Shown one piece after another: positions 26,533 to 32,000 of a DNA stretch of 32,000 bases (the stretch's first letter is position 1; each line of letters starts with the position of its first letter). This stretch comes from Bellilinea caldifistulae (GTDB taxonomy: Bacteria; Chloroflexota; Anaerolineae; Anaerolineales; Anaerolineaceae): contig NZ_LGHJ01000007.1 of the NCBI RefSeq assembly GCF_001306055.1, positions 30,001 to 62,000 of the forward strand. The letters are read 5' to 3'. The position numbers and the translations under genes are program-made. The notes beneath the pieces are model-generated. The model did no database searches and was not told where the DNA came from. It saw nothing but the letters and a program-made list of their open reading frames with translations.

Positions 26533-29160
26533 TTAGCCGGCGGTTTTCTGCCAAATGTGATAAAGAACAATCGCAGCAATCACCAGAAAAGAGAACAAAG
26601 CTCCAATTACTATTCCAATAGTTGGATTGATGATTGAAGCGGGCGCAGTGTTGATTACGCGGGGTGTCTCAGTCGGAAATATCGCAGCGGGTTCTTGTGT
26701 AGTAGCGTTAATAACGGGTGTTTCCAAATTATTTTCATTTCCAATGCCTGCTTGAGGGGTTTCAAGTAAGGGTAAGTTTTCAATCTGTTGTTCAGTGAAA
26801 AGTAAATGATATTCGGAGCGATTATCCAATATATTCATGGTTGTTGCCGATAGTGCCACTTCTAAAAATCCATTGGGTGAAAAGATACCTACCGGCGAGG
26901 ATGAACTTGAGTTCAAGTCAAACTCAATTTCTTTCGCCTCGCCCGCAATCCAATTGTTTTCCCAAATCAGGTGTTGTAAAGAAACGTTATTATCATTTCC
27001 TCTTAGTAACTGAACCAAATGGATACGACCACTCGCGTCAATGGCAATTGACGGTACCCCGATTTTTTCTCCGAGAAGCGAAGGCATGTTTGCCCTAACC
27101 CAACTGTCACCCTTACTCGAAGAATATTCATGCCATATTTGGCTCTGACTGCCTGAATTTTCCTGCCAAAACCGATGAATGACACCGTTGGGACTGTGGT
27201 AAATTCGACTCCAAATTACGGCTGCATCGGAAATCCTGTCTGGTTCTGTCCAGTTTTGACCACCGTCAATAGAACGGCTGTAATACAAGCCAGTTGGAAA
27301 CAAACGATTTGCCGCAATTTGGTAATTTACCCAAACCAGATGATATGTGGTTTCATCTAAAACAACCAGTTGCGGGTTGTTAACCGCCTCAAATCCAAGG
27401 GTTTTAGCGTTTAGAATTTTGGCTGGTTGTGTCCATGTCAGTCCCCCGTCATTTGAAGTGGTGATGTAAATGCCGCGCTCCTCATTAAGTGGAACGCAAT
27501 AAATCACAATCAGTTTTCCGGTGGGTTCAATCAGGAGGCCAGGCGAATCAGCAGCATAATTTGAATTTGAAAGCAATACGGGAACACTCCACGAACTGGT
27601 CATAAAAGCCTGATTAGATGGAGCAGAAGAAAAATAAATATCCCCCTTTAAACCATCTCGCCAAACCAATAGCAAGTTGTTCGTGACAGGATCAAAATTT
27701 GCAGAGATGTGATCAATAAATTTGTTTGGTGATTGATGAATCAGAATGGGTTTAATCCATCGGCCCTGGGCTTCCCGTCGAGAATAAAAAAGGGTATCTG
27801 AAGGGATGCTGGGTTCGCCCTCGTTGCCTGAACTCCAAAACACATGTGGTTGTCCCTGAGAATCAGCTGTCATTGCAACAGTTAGAAAATTATTATTGCT
27901 TATGGAAACCGTTTCCGGGGAAATCCAGGAGGTGTTCTGCTCAAACCAGGAATCTAAATCGCTCAAATTGCGCTTTTTCCACCAAATATCACCTTGTTCC
28001 AGGTCGGCGCCAATCAAATTCAAGTTTCCTTCTTGATCTATGAGAATTTGCTGACCGGTTAGTGTCAAAATGGTTCGTGTTAATGGATCAACCACCTGAA
28101 GCATTTCGGATTGTTGCTTTGATTTGCTCCAGCGGTTTCCGTCCCACGCAGTGAGCAATACCTGATCACGATTTACGGTCATCAATATCAGGTACTGGTT
28201 GGTGTATTCAATTAATTGGGAGGATAAAGCGCAGCCAGGAATATCCTCCATCATCCGTTTTGGCTCACTCCAGGTTATTCCTTTGTCTTCTGAGTACTGG
28301 AAAGATTGAGAGCAGCTGAAACCGGGTTGTCCGTCTTGATAAACCAACATGATTTGGTTTTGAAGTAGTGCAATTTGGACATTATAGGGGGTAGTAGCAC
28401 TAGGGCGATTTTGAGGGCTGACAACTTCAACAGGCTCTTCCCATTCGTTCCCTCCAACCTGGGATCGGGCAAAAAATACCGTTTTCAATGGCCGATTATC
28501 CCAGGCAACGTAAATTTCCTCGCCTTCTGCATCATTGTGAACCGCAATTTGAACGTTTGCCGATTCACGGCCAAGGGCACGAAAATATCTAGAACCATAT
28601 ATCAAGACCGCGGGCTGCCAGGATGAACCACCTGAGCTGGATTTACGATAATACACCCCCGCCGGCCGATTATTTACCTCTTCCGTTTGAATAAAAACCA
28701 GATGAACCGCACCATCGAGGGTGACAGAAACATCAAAGAATACAACACTCTCGGCAAGTATGGTCGAACCACTCCATGCACCCGGGCTGCTAAAATTATC
28801 CCCAGTTGCCCGGTTGTAATACAGCTTGCCTTCCTCGTCAATCCAGAAAGCGTGCATTTGATTATTGGATCCAGTGTAAAGGCTTGGAACATACAAGTCG
28901 TTTGGGGCGCTGACTGGTTGAGGGGATGTCCAATCCGATCCATTTCCCTGGACATACATTAGATCATCAAACTCATCTAACCAAAAAACATGAAGGAGAC
29001 CTTGGGGACTAACGACAAAGGATGGGGAAGATGATGAACCAGACCGGGAAAGATTGACCCCCTCGGACCATGTTTCTTCAACCTGAGCAATGGTCTTTTT
29101 TTGAATCCCTGAAAGACCAATCATTATTAGCAACACCAATACGATAATTTTTCGATTCAT
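26533..29160 (-). CDS. Secreted Asp-box (BNR) protein, probably a double propeller, with a C-terminal TM anchor; paralog of 24960..26483
   Basis: 875 aa. Signal-like N-terminus. Canonical Asp-boxes SEDKGITW, SNDGGLTW, SIDGGQNW plus degenerate ones (SSGGSSW, SQVGGNEW, SSKGDSW). The N-terminal region parallels the 507-aa protein (LLHVFWLDE.. against LAHLFWAEK..). Pro/Thr stalk and C-terminal TM helix. Confidence 0.75.
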   Translation of the reverse strand: MNRKIIVLVLLIMIGLSGIQKKTIAQVEETWSEGVNLSRSGSSSSPSFVVSPQGLLHVFWLDEFDDLMYVQGNGSDWTSPQPVSAPNDLYVPSLYTGSNNQMHAFWIDEEGKLYYNRATGDNFSSPGAWSGSTILAESVVFFDVSVTLDGAVHLVFIQTEEVNNRPAGVYYRKSSSGGSSWQPAVLIYGSRYFRALGRESANVQIAVHNDAEGEEIYVAWDNRPLKTVFFARSQVGGNEWEEPVEVVSPQNRPSATTPYNVQIALLQNQIMLVYQDGQPGFSCSQSFQYSEDKGITWSEPKRMMEDIPGCALSSQLIEYTNQYLILMTVNRDQVLLTAWDGNRWSKSKQQSEMLQVVDPLTRTILTLTGQQILIDQEGNLNLIGADLEQGDIWWKKRNLSDLDSWFEQNTSWISPETVSISNNNFLTVAMTADSQGQPHVFWSSGNEGEPSIPSDTLFYSRREAQGRWIKPILIHQSPNKFIDHISANFDPVTNNLLLVWRDGLKGDIYFSSAPSNQAFMTSSWSVPVLLSNSNYAADSPGLLIEPTGKLIVIYCVPLNEERGIYITTSNDGGLTWTQPAKILNAKTLGFEAVNNPQLVVLDETTYHLVWVNYQIAANRLFPTGLYYSRSIDGGQNWTEPDRISDAAVIWSRIYHSPNGVIHRFWQENSGSQSQIWHEYSSSKGDSWVRANMPSLLGEKIGVPSIAIDASGRIHLVQLLRGNDNNVSLQHLIWENNWIAGEAKEIEFDLNSSSSSPVGIFSPNGFLEVALSATTMNILDNRSEYHLLFTEQQIENLPLLETPQAGIGNENNLETPVINATTQEPAAIFPTETPRVINTAPASIINPTIGIVIGALFSFLVIAAIVLYHIWQKTAG

Positions 29161-29207
29161 CCCAAGTCCTTTGAGAACCGCGTCAACATCGGTATTTAAA
29201 TTTCCTT

Positions 29208-30260
29208 CTATCCGAACACCAACCGATACATCGTTCTTCCTCTATTCTTTTCAACCCATTCCATGAACAAAAGCGGAAGGAAGATAGTAATTGCCGCAAT
29301 CACCATAACCAGCAAGGGCTGAATAGCCAATAATTGTTTTGTGCCAATTTGGATAACTGTAAAAAAGATTAGATTGATGATGATGAGATTAGTAAGATAA
29401 ATACCGTAAGACCTTTTCCCTAACCTCTCAAAAAAACGCACAAATGGCATTTGTTCCCTTTTTACAGTGGTCAACCAGATGAGTCCGAATAAGGGCACAA
29501 TAATTTCAATTAGCGGGAGGGATGTAATGCTCAACTGGGTTGACACTGCAAGTGAAAATAAAACAAGCGTTATGACAATCAAAATAAATACATTCGTTTT
29601 ATTACTCAAAGTTTGTTTGAACCATTCATACCGAAGACCAAATATTACGCCCATTGGATAGAACACACCCCACAGAGCAAGCGGGAGGCGAATTATCGGT
29701 GGAGCGAAAAATCTCGCCCATTCGGGCAGGATGCTCCCAAATATGTCCGGCCGAAGCAAGATAACTAAAAATGCCTGATATGTAAAAAAAGTCAGAAAAA
29801 TCAACAAGGGGGATTTCTTTGTCAAAGTGATCAGGAAGGGTGCAAAAAAAGTAAAAAAGAAAAGCAACGGAACAAAATTATTGGGGTAGCCAACGATCAA
29901 GGATTTTACATATCCAATTAACGAATCCTGCTCACCAAATAAAAAATATACAACTACATAAAATACCAAAGACCAGATGAGATAAGGCAAAGCAATATGG
30001 AGTAAGTTGTTTGGGATCAGGCGATACATGGCTTTCAAGCCTTTTCCCTGCGCTGCGTAAGCAAAGTAACTGCCGGCGAGAAATAGAAACAATGGCACAG
30101 CAAAAATCCCTAATTCTTTTATCGGAATCAACAGAGATTTTTGCCATTGAGGAATGCCCACCCCTTGATTTCTGGCAAACTGAAACCCAAGGGTGATGGA
30201 ATGGTTAATGACCACAAGCAGTATTGCAATGCCACGCAGAGCAGGGAAATTTCTATTCAC
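29208..30260 (-). CDS. Membrane acyltransferase, AT3 family, paralog 4 (most divergent)
   Basis: 350 aa with a GTG start. FPALRGIAILLVVINHS N-terminal motif, polytopic, C-terminus MYRLVFG. Confidence 0.8.
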   Translation of the reverse strand: MNRNFPALRGIAILLVVINHSITLGFQFARNQGVGIPQWQKSLLIPIKELGIFAVPLFLFLAGSYFAYAAQGKGLKAMYRLIPNNLLHIALPYLIWSLVFYVVVYFLFGEQDSLIGYVKSLIVGYPNNFVPLLFFFTFFAPFLITLTKKSPLLIFLTFFTYQAFLVILLRPDIFGSILPEWARFFAPPIIRLPLALWGVFYPMGVIFGLRYEWFKQTLSNKTNVFILIVITLVLFSLAVSTQLSITSLPLIEIIVPLFGLIWLTTVKREQMPFVRFFERLGKRSYGIYLTNLIIINLIFFTVIQIGTKQLLAIQPLLVMVIAAITIFLPLLFMEWVEKNRGRTMYRLVFG

Positions 30261-30272
30261 AAATGCGCACCT

Positions 30273-32000
<1,728 letters not shown>

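Noticed and set aside
24960-29160. Calling the two Asp-box proteins sialidases (exo-alpha-sialidase).
   Set aside because: Asp-boxes occur in many non-sialidase propellers, and I could not find an FRIP/RIP motif or other sialidase catalytic signatures by eye. I therefore call only the fold and repeat class.
336-30196. All plus-strand ORFs in the supplied track, for example 1164..1502, 3370..3678, 6659..6982, 8506..8835, 19966..20301 and 24743..25129.
   Set aside because: Each lies inside or across a minus-strand gene that has clear family motifs. Their translations are low-complexity or hydrophobic noise with no motif I recognise, and they have no ribosome-binding context. They are best explained as antisense shadow frames.

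Overview
The whole 32 kb window is one densely packed gene array on the minus strand. I support 26 CDS. I saw no RNA genes, mobile elements or CRISPR arrays, and no intergenic gap longer than about 57 nt. Both window edges fall inside genes, and transcription would run right to left. The array opens with a bifunctional ATP sulfurylase/APS kinase that supplies PAPS. It also holds three P-loop sulfotransferases, eight glycosyltransferases (four GT4-like, three GT2, one GT-C membrane enzyme), four paralogous AT3 membrane acyltransferases and an SDR sugar epimerase/dehydratase. Export is by a Wzm/Wzt ABC transporter whose ATPase carries an extra C-terminal domain. Two paralogous Asp-box (BNR) propeller proteins have a signal peptide and a C-terminal membrane anchor. 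An asparagine-synthetase-like enzyme has Pro in place of its N-terminal nucleophile Cys, and a CPA2 cation/proton antiporter is translationally coupled into the array. The most unusual part is a stand-alone amino-acid adenylation enzyme, an 83-aa phosphopantetheinyl carrier protein and a flavin-dependent-halogenase-like protein, interleaved with AT3 genes. I read the locus as an ABC-transporter-dependent pathway for a sulfated, multiply acylated surface glycan. It appears to include a carrier-protein-dependent decoration branch that follows Dlt-like logic without DltB or DltD, and that combination is my candidate for an undescribed system. The plus-strand ORFs in the supplied track look like antisense shadows. 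Two edge-truncated genes were recovered by hand translation: 1..1004 is missing from the track, and the ORF listed as 30273..31976 is open to position 32000. All family calls rest on motifs read by eye, with no database search. The source organism cannot be determined from the window; the DNA looks AT-rich by eye.
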